Source: Octopus vulgaris (lineage: Eukaryota). From it: 64,000 nucleotides of DNA. This document shows, in pieces, positions 12,962-26,521 of the stretch; position 1 is the first letter of the stretch, and each line of letters opens with the position of its first letter. Under the pieces are notes generated by a model. It saw only the letters and a list, made by a program, of their open reading frames with translations, was not told the DNA's origin and made no database searches. The translations under genes were made by a program, and so were the position numbers. Location of the stretch: positions 37,758,001-37,822,000 of the forward strand of contig OX597818.1 of NCBI GenBank assembly GCA_951406725.2. Reading direction: 5' to 3'.

Positions 12962-13369
12962 TTTATTACTTTATTGTCCACAGAGGGCTAAACACAGAGG
13001 CGACAAACAAGGACAGACAAACGGATTAAGTCAATTAAGTGCGTAACTGGTACTTATTTAATCGATCCCGAAAGGATGAAAGGCAAAGTCGACCTCGATG
13101 GGATTTGAACTTAGAACGCCGCGGAAGACGAAATACCTATTTCTTTACTACCCAGAAGGAGCTAAACACAGAGAGAACAAACAAGGACAGACAAACGGAT
13201 TAAGTCGATTATATCGACCCCAGTGCGTAACTGGTACTTATTTAATCGACCCCGAAAGGATGAAAGGCAAAGTCAACCTCGGTGGAATTTGAGCCCAGAA
13301 CGTAGCGGCAGACGAAATACCGATAAGCATTTCGTCCAGCGCGCAAAAGATTCTGCCAGCTCGCTGCCC
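12962..13369 (-). mobile_element. SINE family B, dimeric form
   Basis: Two tail units; TSD tctactag.aatatat. Confidence 0.85.
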
Positions 13370-13496
13370 TCTACTAGAAATATATTAGTGAAGTTTTCTT
13401 ACCCTTGAGTGTGGAAAAAAAGAAACAGACAGGTTGGTCATGGCAGGAAAAATATGGCGAACCTTCAGTTTTTCTGTACTGGTCAGGAATTATATA

Positions 13497-14452
13497 CTCT
13501 GAACCGCAAAAGAAGCGCGATTTTTTCAAATGTGGTTTCTATATGGTAAATTCTGAAAATTTATTTTGGGGATGTAAGTGTAAATATTCCAAGACATGCT
13601 GGTTTATGGCTGAGACCCAAATTGCAGGTAATCTTTCAACTCGTCAGGTACGACTACAGTGGGCTACACGGCACCGACATTGGCGGTATCAACAATGGAG
13701 GTCGATAGTCTTCTTTGACGGCGCCAGTACTGCGTTTGTACCTCGGATGGTAGAGTGAGGGTATGACATATGAGAGGTGAACACTAAAGAGACGCATGTG
13801 TCATGGAGAGAGACGCGTGGCATGGCCAAAGCATCATGGTTTGGGGTACCATAGCCCTGAGGATTGGGCCCTTTGTGTTCCAAAATGTAGGTGCAGGCAG
13901 AGGGAATGACATCACAGCGCAGCGCTACGTTGACCAGATCCTAAGACCTCACATCGTGCCTTTCTTCGCGCGTCACCATAGCCACAGGTTCCAGAAGAAC
14001 AATGTTCCCTCCCACACGGCCAGGGTCACCATGGATTTCCTGCGTCAGCACAGCATTAGAACCATGCCGTGGCCGACTCTCAGCTCGGATTTGAACCCAG
14101 TTGAACAGCTGTGGGATGAAATCCAGAGACGGCTGAACCAGGTGGTTCCAAGGCTAACAGCTCGTGTGCAACTTTCCTCAGGGTGTGGACACAGGTGCCA
14201 ATGGCTTTTGTGAACCGCCTCATGCATTCCATGTACCGACGGTGTATGGCAATTTTGAACACCCAAGGAGGGGATACACTGTATTGAACATGTCACGCCC
14301 TACAATCTCGATGTGACGGATCCGCCCAGTGCAACGCCCCATAGATTGTGGTCAAAGTGCATTCAAGAAACTGACTTTATCAAATTTATCAAAATTTATT
14401 TCTGACATAATGAAATTAAAACAAAAGTCTCGCGTTTCTTTTGTGGTCCAAG
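13497..14452 (+). mobile_element. Internally deleted Tc1-like DNA transposon
   Basis: SIMVWGTI...AQRYVDQILRPHIVPF...MPWPTLSSDLNPVEQLWDEIQRRL (DDE_3-type motifs). TIRs ctctgaaccgcaaaagaagcgcga / tcgcgtttcttttgtggtccaag, flanked by TA. Confidence 0.85.
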
Positions 14453-14816
14453 TATCGAGATATATTACTGCAAAAAGTTGAAGACTGAATTGGTGAGGAT
14501 AGGAGATAGCACCGAGCTTCTGTTTGTAGGTAATAGGGGGGACATTATCAAGGTTAGTGACATTGATGGCTTGAGGCAACTCGAAGAGGATTAGTTTGAT
14601 CACAAAAAAAATAAAATGACTAACTTCAGTTTTGAAGGTGAGACAAGTTGCATACGAGGATATGTTAAAGTTAAAGTTGTTTCGCTTGTAGAGATTGGTA
14701 CCGTTTGTAATGGCATATAAGATGCGCAGGCATAAGGCGCACCCCAACTTCAGGAAAATGTTTTTACTGCATTAAAGCTGATGAATGGCCCGACTTCTCG
14801 TTAGGATCCCGGGTGA

Positions 14817-14904
<88 letters not shown>

Positions 14905-15863
14905 TGTGTGTGCGTGTTTGAAAAATGTGTCTTATATGTCATCAAATACAGTAATTTTCTTTCTAGCCCGTGTAGGCTGGGTTCTTTGTTTGAACTATTA
15001 CATCACATTTGATTAATTTGGGTTATGAGTTTCTTTTCACCAACGACATCAAATAGAGGGATGAGGGTCAAAATTGTCTTAAGCTTTGAAGCCATATAGT
15101 ATGGTGGCTACAGTTGGAGCAGAGGCTTTACAACAGTACGAACTCCGCTAAAAGTACACATCAAGTAAGGATTAAAATTGCATTAAACTTGACATTCTGA
15201 TATCAGCCCCACACTCCATTCTTAATTCAACAAGAACGAAAGGAAGTAGCAAATTCTACTGTGATACACACGTACACAGAAGCGCACGCATATATATAAC
15301 AATACAATGCACACCCACAGCGTTAAAAATATATGAGAATTATCTCCCTTTAATATCATCGTTTCTCTTTTGTTTGTTTTTTATTTGTTCATCTGTGAGA
15401 TATCAGAGTTATTTCCCTTCAAATATATAATCCTTAATTCTGAAACATCAGTAAATTTAGTCCCAGGAAAATCGCAGCATGAGTTTTCTACCCCTACATC
15501 TATAACTGACAAAAGCTAGGCGCCGGTTAGAAAAATTTCCTTTGAAAACGTGGTTCTGAATTTAATCCCATTGCGCGACACTTTGGGCAACTATCATTCT
15601 GCTATAATCACAAGGTGATTCTAAGAATTGACAGAGAAAAACTGCATGGAAGTTTTGTACCTGTTTTTTTGTTGGTATATCTAATCTGTGGTTCGGATTA
15701 ACAAACTGTCAAAGGTCATCATATGACCATTGAGTTTGAGTGTGTCGCAGAGACCACTCCGTACTAAACAAATTAGAGCAGGTCTTCGATCTGAAAATAT
15801 CACATGACTTGTAGTTTCTTCAGCTATTTTTGCCAATTATACCGGTGTCTATTTGTGTGCGTA

Positions 15864-15935
<72 letters not shown>

Positions 15936-16091
15936 CGTGCGTGCATGTGTCTGCGCGTGAATTTGTGTGCGTGTATTTCTGTGTCAGTGAGTGTCTATTT
16001 TCACCTGCGCTGTCTATGTTATAACACCAAATAAATTCTGAGAGATTTTGATGTACACAGAAAAATTCTTCGCAGACTTACTCTGTTTACG

Positions 16092-16218
16092 AACCACATG
16101 GTTCCGGGTTCAGTCTCACTGCGTGGCACCCTGGGCAAGTGTTTTCTACAATAGCCTCGGGTCGACCAAAGCCTTGTGAGTGGATTTGGTAGACGGAAAC
16201 TGAAAGAAGCTCGTCGTG

Positions 16219-16250
<32 letters not shown>

Positions 16251-16520
16251 TGTATGTATGTATGTATGTATGTATGTATGTATGTATGTATGCATGTCTG
16301 TGTGTATATGTTTGTGTGTCTGTGTTTGTCCCCCCAACATTGCTTGACAACCGATGCTGGTGTGTTTACGTCCCCGTAACTTAGCGGTTCGGCAAAAGAG
16401 GCCGATAGAATAAGTACTAGGCTTCCAAAGAATAAGTCCTGGGGTCGATTTGCTCGACTAAAGGTGGTGCTCCATGGTGGCCACAGTCAAATGACTGAAA
16501 CAAGTAAAAGAGTAAAAGAG
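16092..16520 (+). mobile_element. SINE family A (5'-clipped) with internal (TATG)n
   Basis: CORE-like ccctgggcaagtg segment, internal microsatellite, (GTAAAAGA) tail. Confidence 0.85.
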
Positions 16521-16849
16521 TATCAAGGGAAGTAACTCCCTAACATGCGCTGCAACTGAGTAAATCCCGTTATTTCCTTCATAACGGTGGATACATACAT
16601 ACATACATACATACATACATACATACATACATACATACATACATACATACATACATACATACATACATACATACATACATACATTGTTTTCGCTATCTAC
16701 ATTCCAACAATGGAACTTTGTATTTTTGTTAGAAACCAACTCCTTCAATGGAAGAATTTAAAAAGAAGAGTTAAAAAAAAAAAGAAAAAAATATTTTTTC
16801 CTGTGCTGAGGCACCACCGTTGCTAAAGTTGCTACTTTATTTCATACAT

Positions 16850-17400
16850 TTTCACGTCCCTCTCACAGAGATTGCTTCCAGGGGATAAACAGACTGGATA
16901 AGGGTTTTCTTGTTTGCGTTTCTTGCCTTAATATAAGTTCATCTGATACTTCAGATATAAATTTGTCTAAAGCCTCTTTAAACACATCTAGATTTACGAA
17001 GGTCTTGGTAAACTGTGGATCTGTGAACCCTAAGCTGTTACAGTATTGGTTCCTTATTGAAGAGGGTGGGATCTTTGGTAATGTACAGTGGTGTCCAATT
17101 CGATGGCTAGTAAACGTTTTAGTCCCAAAGTTTGGGGCTAGAATTTCCAGGAACTTCCATATACTTCCTGCACTGCATATTTCTCACATCTTCGTTCTTG
17201 AGGAATAAAAGTTCGATTTTTTTAAAGCCTCGTTCAGTGGCTCATCTGTTGCATTCGGATAGTTTTCTTGGTGCAACAGAGATGAATAACCTCAAATTTC
17301 GCCGTTAGTTTGACACTATGAGTCGACCGTAACTGTGAACAAATGTTCACAGTATAGTGTCCATGTTACTTGCTCTGAATGATCTCAGAATCCAGCCAGC
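16850..17400 (-). mobile_element. Degenerate CR1-group LINE 3' end
   Basis: Minus strand gives broken RIGHHCTLPKIPP..NQYCNSLG..FKEALDK-type C-terminal ORF2 peptides. Confidence 0.55.
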
Positions 17401-17410
17401 CATTTGGCTG

Positions 17411-17463
<53 letters not shown>

Positions 17464-18728
17464 TCACATGTATGCCTACATAAACATACCTACACAAAAT
17501 CTTTTATTTTCTTGTTTCTTTTAAATCTAATTCGGTTATTTTTGACATAACACCATAAATGTGAGACACTCGCTTAACTGACCCGTCTAATCGAGAAGAT
17601 GTTTGTAAAGAAATAATACATTATTCCTGCGATAATTTTTGTGAATGTATATTTTTTATTTTATTCGATATGGTGTGTCAGATTTTTCTTTCAGTGTCAC
17701 ACCACCACAACCATCACCACCGCCGCCTTCACAGCCGCCATCAGTAACACCAACTCCCTAAACTTCACACACCCCTCTCCACCCCCACCCCACCACCACC
17801 ACCACCACCACCACCACCACCAATAACAACAACAACACAAGCTAGAGATTTAAATCGCAGCTTCAAAATATCTTTTAAAAAATTATGAAAATCACTCTCG
17901 ATTGTAATGAATTAGGATTGTTGTATTTTGTTAAATTCTTATGTACTCTACAAAGGCATGTAACTGACTACTCAAAGTTATTTCCCTTTGGTCATTTTTG
18001 CTTCATTTATTGCTGTGCTGATGACGTCGAGGCAGAAATATTCATTCCTATCTATTCACCTTTTCTCCGCTAATCAGAGTTTTTCCTTAATGGCTTCACA
18101 GTTCTGGTGCATTCTTGATTCTTGAGATTATTTCTCCTTCTCATTTGGAGTAAGTCCAAACAACCACCAAGTAATTGTTCTACCTTCTCTGGAACCGGAA
18201 ATGACTTCGATAGATCAAAAATTTATCTTGTGTAGTATTTAACACATCTTTATTTGTCTTTGTTGTTTAAGTAGATGCTGCAAGCAAATATTTGAACAAT
18301 ATACATTAGTGTATACGCACACGCACACATCCACTCACACACACACACACATATATATATGAAGGTGGCAACTTTTGTATGTCTTTATGGGTGAGCATGT
18401 ACATCTGTATATATGTTTGCGTGTATAAGGGGGAGATGAAGATAAGGAAGGAAGGAAAGAAAGAATGCTATAAAAATTTTAATGAAGCGGGGAAAATATA
18501 ATAGACAAGCATATAAAAAGAGGAATTTAAAAAGTAGGGCGAGAAAAGAATAGATTAAGGAAATAGAGAGAGTGCGAGTGGTAGAGAAAGAGAAAGAGAG
18601 TAGAAGGGAGAGAGGGAGAGCTTGAGTACCATGTTCTTGAGAAAGGAACCACGTAAGGAAAGACAAAAAAATGTGGTCTCTCTCTCATGCTGAATTAATG
18701 TTATATGACTGTAAAGTAGAGTGGATGT

Positions 18729-19054
18729 GTGGAGGCGCATGGCCTAATGGTTAGTGGCATTCGGCTTACAATCGTAAGGTCGTGGGTTCGATTCCCGACG
18801 ATGCGTCGTGTCCTTGAGCAAGACACTTTTATTTCACGTTGCTCCAGTCTACTCAAATGGCAAAAGTGAGTGGTACTTGTATTTCGAAGGGCCATCCCTA
18901 TCACATCTTATGTCATGCTGAATCTCCCTGAGAACTGCGTTAAGGGCACATGTGTCTGTGGAGTGCTCAGCCATTTGCATGTTAATTTCACGAGCAGGCT
19001 GTTCCATTGATCGGATCAACTAGAACCCTCATCGTCGTAATCGACGGAGTGCCA
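18729..19054 (+). mobile_element. tRNA-derived SINE family C (older subfamily)
   Basis: A box tggcctaatgg, B box ggttcgattcc, CORE-like tccttgagcaagacac; TSD agagtggatgt. Confidence 0.85.
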
Positions 19055-19438
19055 GAGTGGATGTACCACCGAATGTGTGGTATTGAGAATGCAGATGGTG
19101 GATGCATTACTATACATTCGAACCAGAAAACCCGCTATTTTTTAGTTACATCCATTTTTGTCTCAAGTTCAAATCTCGCTATAGTTAACTTAGCTTTTCG
19201 TTTGCTCCATGGTTGATAAAATAAATTGATGAAATCGGTGTACACCTCTGGAGTCGATTAAACCGATGGATGCATCTCATAGCAGTTGACCAATGGAAGA
19301 GCATCTAAGTGGTCGGTTCGACTTGCAAAATACAAAAACCAGATCTTCTAATCACAAAGGATACTTTTTACTGTTTAATCAAAATCAAAACAAAGAATGT
19401 CCATGACATTTGTCTTCTTCTTCTTCTTCTTCTTCTTC

Positions 19439-19506
<68 letters not shown>

Positions 19507-20056
19507 GAGTGAGAGAGCAGTGCATGCCATCAAAGTGCCACACTGGGGTAAAATATACAAAGTCCAGTATACCCATCATGACTACCCGTCTGATAAGTGT
19601 ACACTAGGCACATGCATAACAACCACATGTGCGCGACATGGTGATCTCATGTCTAGATAAACAGCGAATGACCTTGCAAGTGGGGCACAGTTAGAATTTT
19701 CTTCTGGTCGAGTAAGCCATCCCACTCAAAAGGTCCCTGAATAAGGGTTGTTTAAGGATGTTGAACGAAGCACCCATATTTCCAGAGGTGAATTATTCAA
19801 ACCCCAAAGAATCCCTCTCAACACATGGCTATGATGCTCCCCTACTACTTCTGATCGTGATCAGAGATGCACATATCGTCAGCCACTAGAGTACATGCTC
19901 AACTGATTAAGATCAAACAACTGACAAGCAAATCTGTGGTATTGAGCAGAATATTTGCTGTAGCCCATCTTTTATACCAATGTACATGATAACACTTCCA
20001 ATCAGTTAATATCAGAAGCCATGAGAGCCACTGCCTGGTACTGCATCATAGCATTT
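19507..20056 (-). mobile_element. ORF-less ~550-bp element inserted in (TAA)n, copy 1
   Basis: Highly similar to 21726-22284; bounded on both sides by (ATT)n. Strand inferred from G-U hairpin asymmetry. Confidence 0.75.
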
Positions 20057-20072
20057 ATTATTATTATTATTA

Positions 20073-20115
<43 letters not shown>

Positions 20116-20119
<4 letters not shown>

Positions 20120-21654
20120 TAGTTTTATTTTTATAGCGTGCTTTCACTTCACTACCGAGCGCAGCTCTGTGTGCCTTGGGTATGTGCTGTGATTTGTTGT
20201 GATGCTCTGATGGTTATTGTATGGAAAGTGTTCTGCGTAGGATGTGTGCAGTGCCTAGTAGTGCAATTTTCTGTATGTTATATGTGTTTGTAAGTCCTGG
20301 TGTTTTTGTTATGTATTTGTCTGAATATTTTTTTATCATGCCTAATGCACCTATTATGATAGGAATTGTTTCTGTTTTCAGATTCCACATTCTAGTTACC
20401 TCTATTTCCAGGTCTTTGTATTTTGAGAGTTTCTCCATTTCTTTTAGAGACACGTTGTCATCTGCCGGTATTGATACATCAATTAGAAAGCATTTTTTTC
20501 TTCATGATCTCTGACAACTATATCTGGTCTGTTGGCCTTAATTTCTCTATCTGTGTGTATCGGCATATCCCAGAGTATGGTTGCTTTCTCGTTTTCTGTG
20601 ACCTTTTCTGGTGTGTGCTTATACCATCTTTTTTCTGTTGTATTCCATAATGTTGGCATAGCTTCCAATGTATGTAGGTTCCAACTCTGTCATGTCTGTG
20701 AATATATTCCTTCTTAGACAGGACTGGGCAGCTAGAGATAATATGATTTATTGTTTCTTGTCCATCTCCACATATTCTGCAGTTACTTGTAATATTTCTT
20801 TTCATTACATGTTTTTGGTAATTTCTGGTGGGGAGGCTTTGGTCTTGTGCTGCAATTAAAAATCCTTCTGTTTCTGCTTTGAGTCCTGAGCTTCTCAACC
20901 ATTGCTGGGATTTTTCTTTGTCTATTTCTTTTGCGTTTAGTTTAGTGCAGTATTTACCATGAAGGGGCTTTTCTTGCCATCGTTTTATCATGGTTCGTTG
21001 CTGTTCTATTTTTAGTTTGGATTTCATTTGTTTTATAGCTTTTGTTGTTTCTTCATCATCTTCTTCTTCTTCTTCGTGTTTATTAGGTGGTATGATTTCT
21101 TGTTTGTATTTGTCAGCTTCCTTAAATACTGAGAACAGTTTTTTGATTTGCTCGTGTTTTGCTGCTATCTGGATCAGTTTTCCTTCCTTCTGAAGTAGAT
21201 ATTTTTGCAGTCCTATGGTGGTTATTTTATAGTAGTTTTCCAGCTGTATAAGGCCTCTACCACCTTCTATACGTTGTATATATAGTCTTTCTATGTCAGA
21301 TTTTGGGTGATGCATCCTAGATCCTGTCAGTATTTTTCTTGTTTTCCTATCTATTTTGGACAGTTCATTTCGTGTCCAGTTAAGGATATTGTAGCTGTAA
21401 CTTATAACTGGGACAGCTAAAGTGTTGATACCTATTATCTTGTTTTTAGCATTGAGCTCTGTTTTTAGTATTGATCTAACTCGTCTATAATATTCTTTTT
21501 TTATTTTCTCTTTCATTTGTGTGTGTTGTGTCTTATCTAGTTCATGGATTCCTAAGTATTTGTAAGTTTGGCTTTGGTCTAATTCTTTTATTTCATTGGT
21601 TTTATCTAGTGTGATGTTGTTACTCTTAACTAGTTTTCCTCTTTTCATGGTTAC

Positions 21655-21655
<1 letters not shown>
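20116..21655 (-). mobile_element. 5'-truncated R4/Dong-clade LINE with restriction-like endonuclease, in (TAA)n
   Basis: YKYLG RT end, GGRGL, AAQDQ, CRIC..ETINHIISSC..RHD (CCHC), RPDIVV..IDVSIP..KYKDL (PD-(D/E)xK); two frameshifts; (ATT)n on both sides. Confidence 0.92.
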
Positions 21656-21725
<70 letters not shown>

Positions 21726-22280
21726 GAATGAGAGAGCAGTTAATGCCATCAAAGTGACACTGGGGTAAAATATACGAAGCCCAATATACCCATCATGACT
21801 ACCCGTCTGATAAGGGTACACCAGGCACATGTATCACAACCATATGTGCGCGACATGGTGATCTCATAGCAAGATAAACAGCACATGACCTTGCAGGAGG
21901 GGGCCCAGTTAGAATTTTCTTCTGATCGAGTAGCCCATCCCGCTCAAAAGGTCCCTGAATAAGGATTGTTTAAGGATGTTGAACGAAACACCCATGTTTC
22001 CAAAGGTGAATTATCCATACCCCAAAGAATCCCTCTCAACACATGGCTATGATGCTCCCCCACTACTTCTGCTCGTGATCAGAGATGCACATATCGTCAG
22101 CCATTAAGGGACATGCTCAACTGGTTAAGGTCAAACAACTGACAAGCAAATCTGTGGTATTGAGCAGAATATATGCTGTAGCCCATCTTTTATACCAAGA
22201 CAAAACAATGTACATGATAACACTTCCAATCAGTTAAGATCAGAAGCCATGAGAGCCACTGCCTGGTACTGTATCAGGGC

Positions 22281-22284
<4 letters not shown>
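21726..22284 (-). mobile_element. ORF-less ~550-bp element inserted in (TAA)n, copy 2
   Basis: Same ends as copy 1; flanked by (ATT)n. Confidence 0.75.
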
Positions 22285-22329
<45 letters not shown>

Positions 22330-22330
<1 letters not shown>

Positions 22331-22677
22331 GAATTCTCTTCAGGTCGAGTAGTCCATCCCGCTCAAAAGGTTTCTGAATAAGGTTTGTTTAAGGAAGATG
22401 AATAAAACATCCATGTTTCCAGAGGTGAATTATTCAAACCCCAAAGAATCCCCCTCAACACAAGGCTATGATGACCCCCACCCCCAACTACTTCTGCTCG
22501 TGATCAGAGATGTAAATATCGTCAGCCACTAAGGGCTAAGGTCAAGCAACTTACAAGTAAATCTGTGGTATTGAGCAGAATATTTGCTGTAGCCCATATT
22601 TTATACCAAATCAAAACATGTACATGATAACATTTCCAATCAATTAAGATCAAAAGCCATGTCTGCCACTGCCTGGT
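22330..22677 (-). mobile_element. ORF-less TAA-associated element, partial copy 3
   Basis: Matches the right ~350 bp of copies 1 and 2; abuts (ATT)n on the left. Confidence 0.75.
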
Positions 22678-23186
22678 TATTGTAAGGCGGTGAGATGGCA
22701 AAATCGTTTGCACACTGGACGAAATGGTGGTGGTGGTGGTGGTGGTGGTGAACTGAGCGACTGCTTAAGTCTACCGCCCAAGAACTTCTAATCCAGAGAC
22801 GGAACAAATTTTTTCCGTCGATCGCTGTAATAATTCCGCCAGTCCTCGCCTTAGACCGTTGATACTTAATTTTATCAACGCCGAAAGATAAAAGACCGGG
22901 TTGGCTTCGATTAAATTTGAAGACAGCGCGTGGAGAACCGGAACAAATAGGTTGAGGCATTTTCACTTTACACGATAATGCATTTACGTTACACGTCACA
23001 AAGAAAAGGGTATTCTCAGTTTTCTTTATTCACAGGTTCTCTCAATCAATGCACAACTGGGTACTAAGTAGTAACAACAATAGGTTTTATGTAATCTTTC
23101 GAAATCAATACATGGAGAAAGATGCACAGAAAATATAGTCCATACTAAAAGTTAGATGCTAATGAAATTGTGTTTCAATTGTCGCA

Positions 23187-23570
23187 GTGGAAGCACTCCG
23201 TCGGTTACGACGATGAGGGTTCCGGTTGATCCGATCAACGGAACAGCCTGCTCGTGAAATCAACGTGTAAGTGGCTGAGCACTCCACAGACACGTGTACC
23301 CTTAACGTAGTTCTCGGGGATATTCAGCGTGACACAGAGAGTGACAAGGCCGGCCCTTTGAAATACAGGTACAACAGAAACAGGAAGTAAGAATGAGAGA
23401 AAGTTGTGGTGAAAGAGTACAGCAGGGATCACCACCATCCCTGCCGGAGCCTCGTGGAGCTTTAGATGTTTTCGCTCAATAAACACTCACAACGCCCGGT
23501 CTGGGAATCGAAACCGCGATCCTACGACCGCGAGTCCGCTGCTCTAACCACTGGGCCATTGCGCCTCCAC
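23187..23570 (-). mobile_element. tRNA-derived SINE family C (younger subfamily)
   Basis: Near-identical to 50105-50474; TSD tgtcgcagt. Confidence 0.9.
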
Positions 23571-24284
23571 ATAACTGTCGCAGTATGTTGCCATGGTACA
23601 AGCTACGATGAGCATCAAGCACTCATTCGACTCATCTTCCAACAGGAAGCATGGCGTCTCAATTTCTCATAAGCATACCTCGCAAACTGTGAAAGATTGG
23701 AGATAAACCGTTAAGTGTAACAAGCAGTGTAGCGATTGGTCGGAGACACAACAGACGGCGATTCATAACTGGTTAAGATACATCCAGAAGAATATCGTGT
23801 GTTAGACTGAAGCTTATCTGATGTAAAAGTTTATTAAGCAAATGAATGGAGGTAGTTGGGAAAAATTCAATCGATCCTACTAATTGCTGATTTTCTCATA
23901 GAGGAAAAGTTGCATCAGCCGATTTTGTATAACGAAAACATTTAATTGTCTTATGAAACCACAAACTCGTGTTACAACTTCTCCTTTGTAGCAGCCAAAG
24001 CTTAGAAAAATCGACCAATGCTTCTTTTTGGTTGTTGCAGACAGAGGGATTATGTTCTTGCCATCCGAATTTATCTCCAGGGAAACACATACGTGGTCGT
24101 TCGATTGCTAGAAATAACTGTTAAATCTCCGTTAAATCATGCCCAACCGTTTTAAAAAGAAAAGACGCTTTAAACAGTGTAATCCCTAGTATATAAAAAG
24201 ACAGGATTGTCATGGTTACAATGTCTTTGATAATTGTTTGTTCCTTCTCGAGCCATGCCTGTATATCTATTTCAACACTAGCGC

Positions 24285-24660
24285 CTCTAAGAGTTATATT
24301 CTCTGGGAACGCACAAAAGCCCTTTTCAGAGTTATTTACTTTGAATTGTTATATCATATTCGATTAGCCTGTGATTACGTAACATACTTCACGATTTTGG
24401 TATACATACCTTATTGGTATTTCCTCCTAAGTTCTATATACTCTGGGAACACATTAAAGCCCTTTCTGGGTCCACATTATTTGAATTCTTACTATCGGGT
24501 AACTAATTTTATGTTATTACGTAACTGACTTCGCAATTTGGGTATTCATAACTTACTGGGAATTTCTAAAAACAAGATCCTTTGTAAGACAGTTCGGTAT
24601 TGTCTGTAAATGCACAAAAACCGTCTTAAGGGCTACATACTTTGTATTGTTGTTACTGGA
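24285..24660. repeat. Diverged tandem repeat, ~140-160-bp unit x ~2.5
   Basis: ctctgggaac.ca..aaagccctt...tttgaatt...attacgtaac..acttc recurs at ~24301 and ~24441, with a partial third unit at ~24600. Confidence 0.6.
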
Positions 24661-26191
24661 TTAGCGAGACAATTATGAGAACGGAACCAAGGGATAAGCC
24701 CCGTTTTTCCGGGAATTACCAGGTATATCAGCTAGTATACTATAAGCAAGCATCAATAGCTTGTGTAAATGAATTTTTCAAAACTGTCCATTAAGAGAGA
24801 AATCTAATTTTATTAAGGGAGCACTATATTCAGTATAATCGATAATACTATATTAATGGTTGTTATTTTATTAATCATGCGATCGCCGAGAGATGAAATC
24901 CAAGTTGATCTTAGTGTCTTTAACACTGAATATGGAGTCTCACATCTCTATTTACTGTAACATTCTGCCGTTCCTTTCAACACTCTCAATTTGAGGTATT
25001 GTAAATATATCAAAATCAATGCTATTTCAGATTTCATATTCCTGTTTTTATCGATTTACTTTTAACAGGGTAGATAGAAAAGCGGGAAATCTTTATAATA
25101 AAAAAAGGCTTCTCCTAAAATAGATGAGCTGGTGAGCAGGTTGCGAATATAAGGGATAAATAGTTTGTAAAAATAGGGTTTAGTAAAACTGGAAAATTTG
25201 AACAATTACTTGAATGTATGTATGTTGAAGGTATAGAAATGTCTATTTAGTTCTAGGTAGATTGGATTATTGAGGGCTAAAAATGTTACATTGCAGATGT
25301 GTATAGTTGACGTCCAAACCGTAATCCACTACTATATTATCTCGGTTACGTTGGTAAGGATTGAAAGTTGCTTTTGACATGAACAATTGAATACTTACCT
25401 TAGTAATACGAGAGAAGGGGAGAGAAGAAAGAAAGGACAAGAAAGAAAGAGCAAGAGAGAGAAAAAACGGAGAAATAAAGAGAGAGAGAGAGAGAGAGGG
25501 ACGAGAGGCATATACAGATGTGTGCTGATCAAAATAAGTACAAATATCTTTTCAATAGCTTGTGAATACCGTGTATATTAGATGAAAGAAAGTAAATATC
25601 ATTGCTGTGAAGTCCCAGCCTGACGGTGCTCTATAAATAGAATTCTAAAAATTAGTTAATTGCTGGCAGGACATCCAAGAGCTAAATTTCAGTTATTTAA
25701 AACTTATAATTCGTTGAATTTATCTTATAGGAATTAGCTCAAAACCTAATTTGGAAAGCAGCTATTTGGGAAATGTTTTTTCAGCTGTCCAACACATGGA
25801 AATGAGACTTCGATGTAATCGCAGCATCTGATATATACACATTACTTGAGTTCTGTTTTATTTGTTTATACGAAGTGCTATTCTATCGAATTTCTATTGG
25901 ATAAAATATCTCAATATTGAATCTAAAGCACGAAAGCTGGTTTCTGGTACGGCTTTCAATTTGATAGCATACAAAATAATTGGGTGCTTTTAAAGGGTCG
26001 CTCGATCTGCTACACACGGCAAACTACTCTCCCTCAACTTATAACTAATTATCTTCAGGGACTTCATTAATTGTCTTCTAAAACTTCAGGGAAGTCTTAG
26101 ATTTGAGATATTGACAGAAAAGAGATTAAGGATAGCATAAGGATTCCATCCTTAATCTCCTTTCTGTCAACACCTCAAATCTAAAACTTCT

Positions 26192-26282
26192 TCCCTGAAG
26201 ACGGAGGCTGGTATTATCCGACGATGAAATCAATTTACAATTATTATTTTGGCTCACCAGACCCCCAGAAACAGCTGTTGGA
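26192..26282 (+). ncRNA. Type I minimal hammerhead ribozyme adjoining fold-back 26084-26200
   Basis: tcc-CTGAAGA-[gg.ctggt...accagacc]-GAAAC-agct-GTT-gga. Confidence 0.65.
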
Positions 26283-26521
26283 CTCGTAAAACTCTTATTC
26301 AAACCCTTTAATTCCTGATATCGGACCCTTTTTTTTACCTAAACATATGTACAATTTTTTGTATTAAATGTATTTAATATTTTTGTATATCGACTTACCT
26401 AACTTGCTTATCCTTACATTTACTCCTCTACCCTCTACCAGCTCAAGTGTAAACCTCTTGAGCACTGCTAAGTGTACTCTATACGGAGAATATCTGTTTC
26501 TCATCTCTCTCTCTCTCTCTC

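Noticed and set aside
18729-18800. tRNA-like sequence with A and B boxes
   Set aside because: It is the head of a SINE with body, tail and TSD, not a standalone tRNA gene. The same holds for the other SINE heads.
21779-21826. SECIS-like ATGA...TGA hairpin
   Set aside because: Upper stem too short, no apical AA, and pairing favours the opposite strand.
19440-22680. CRISPR-like repeat/spacer alternation
   Set aside because: The repeats are variable-length (ATT)n and the spacers are TE copies; eukaryotic context with no cas genes.
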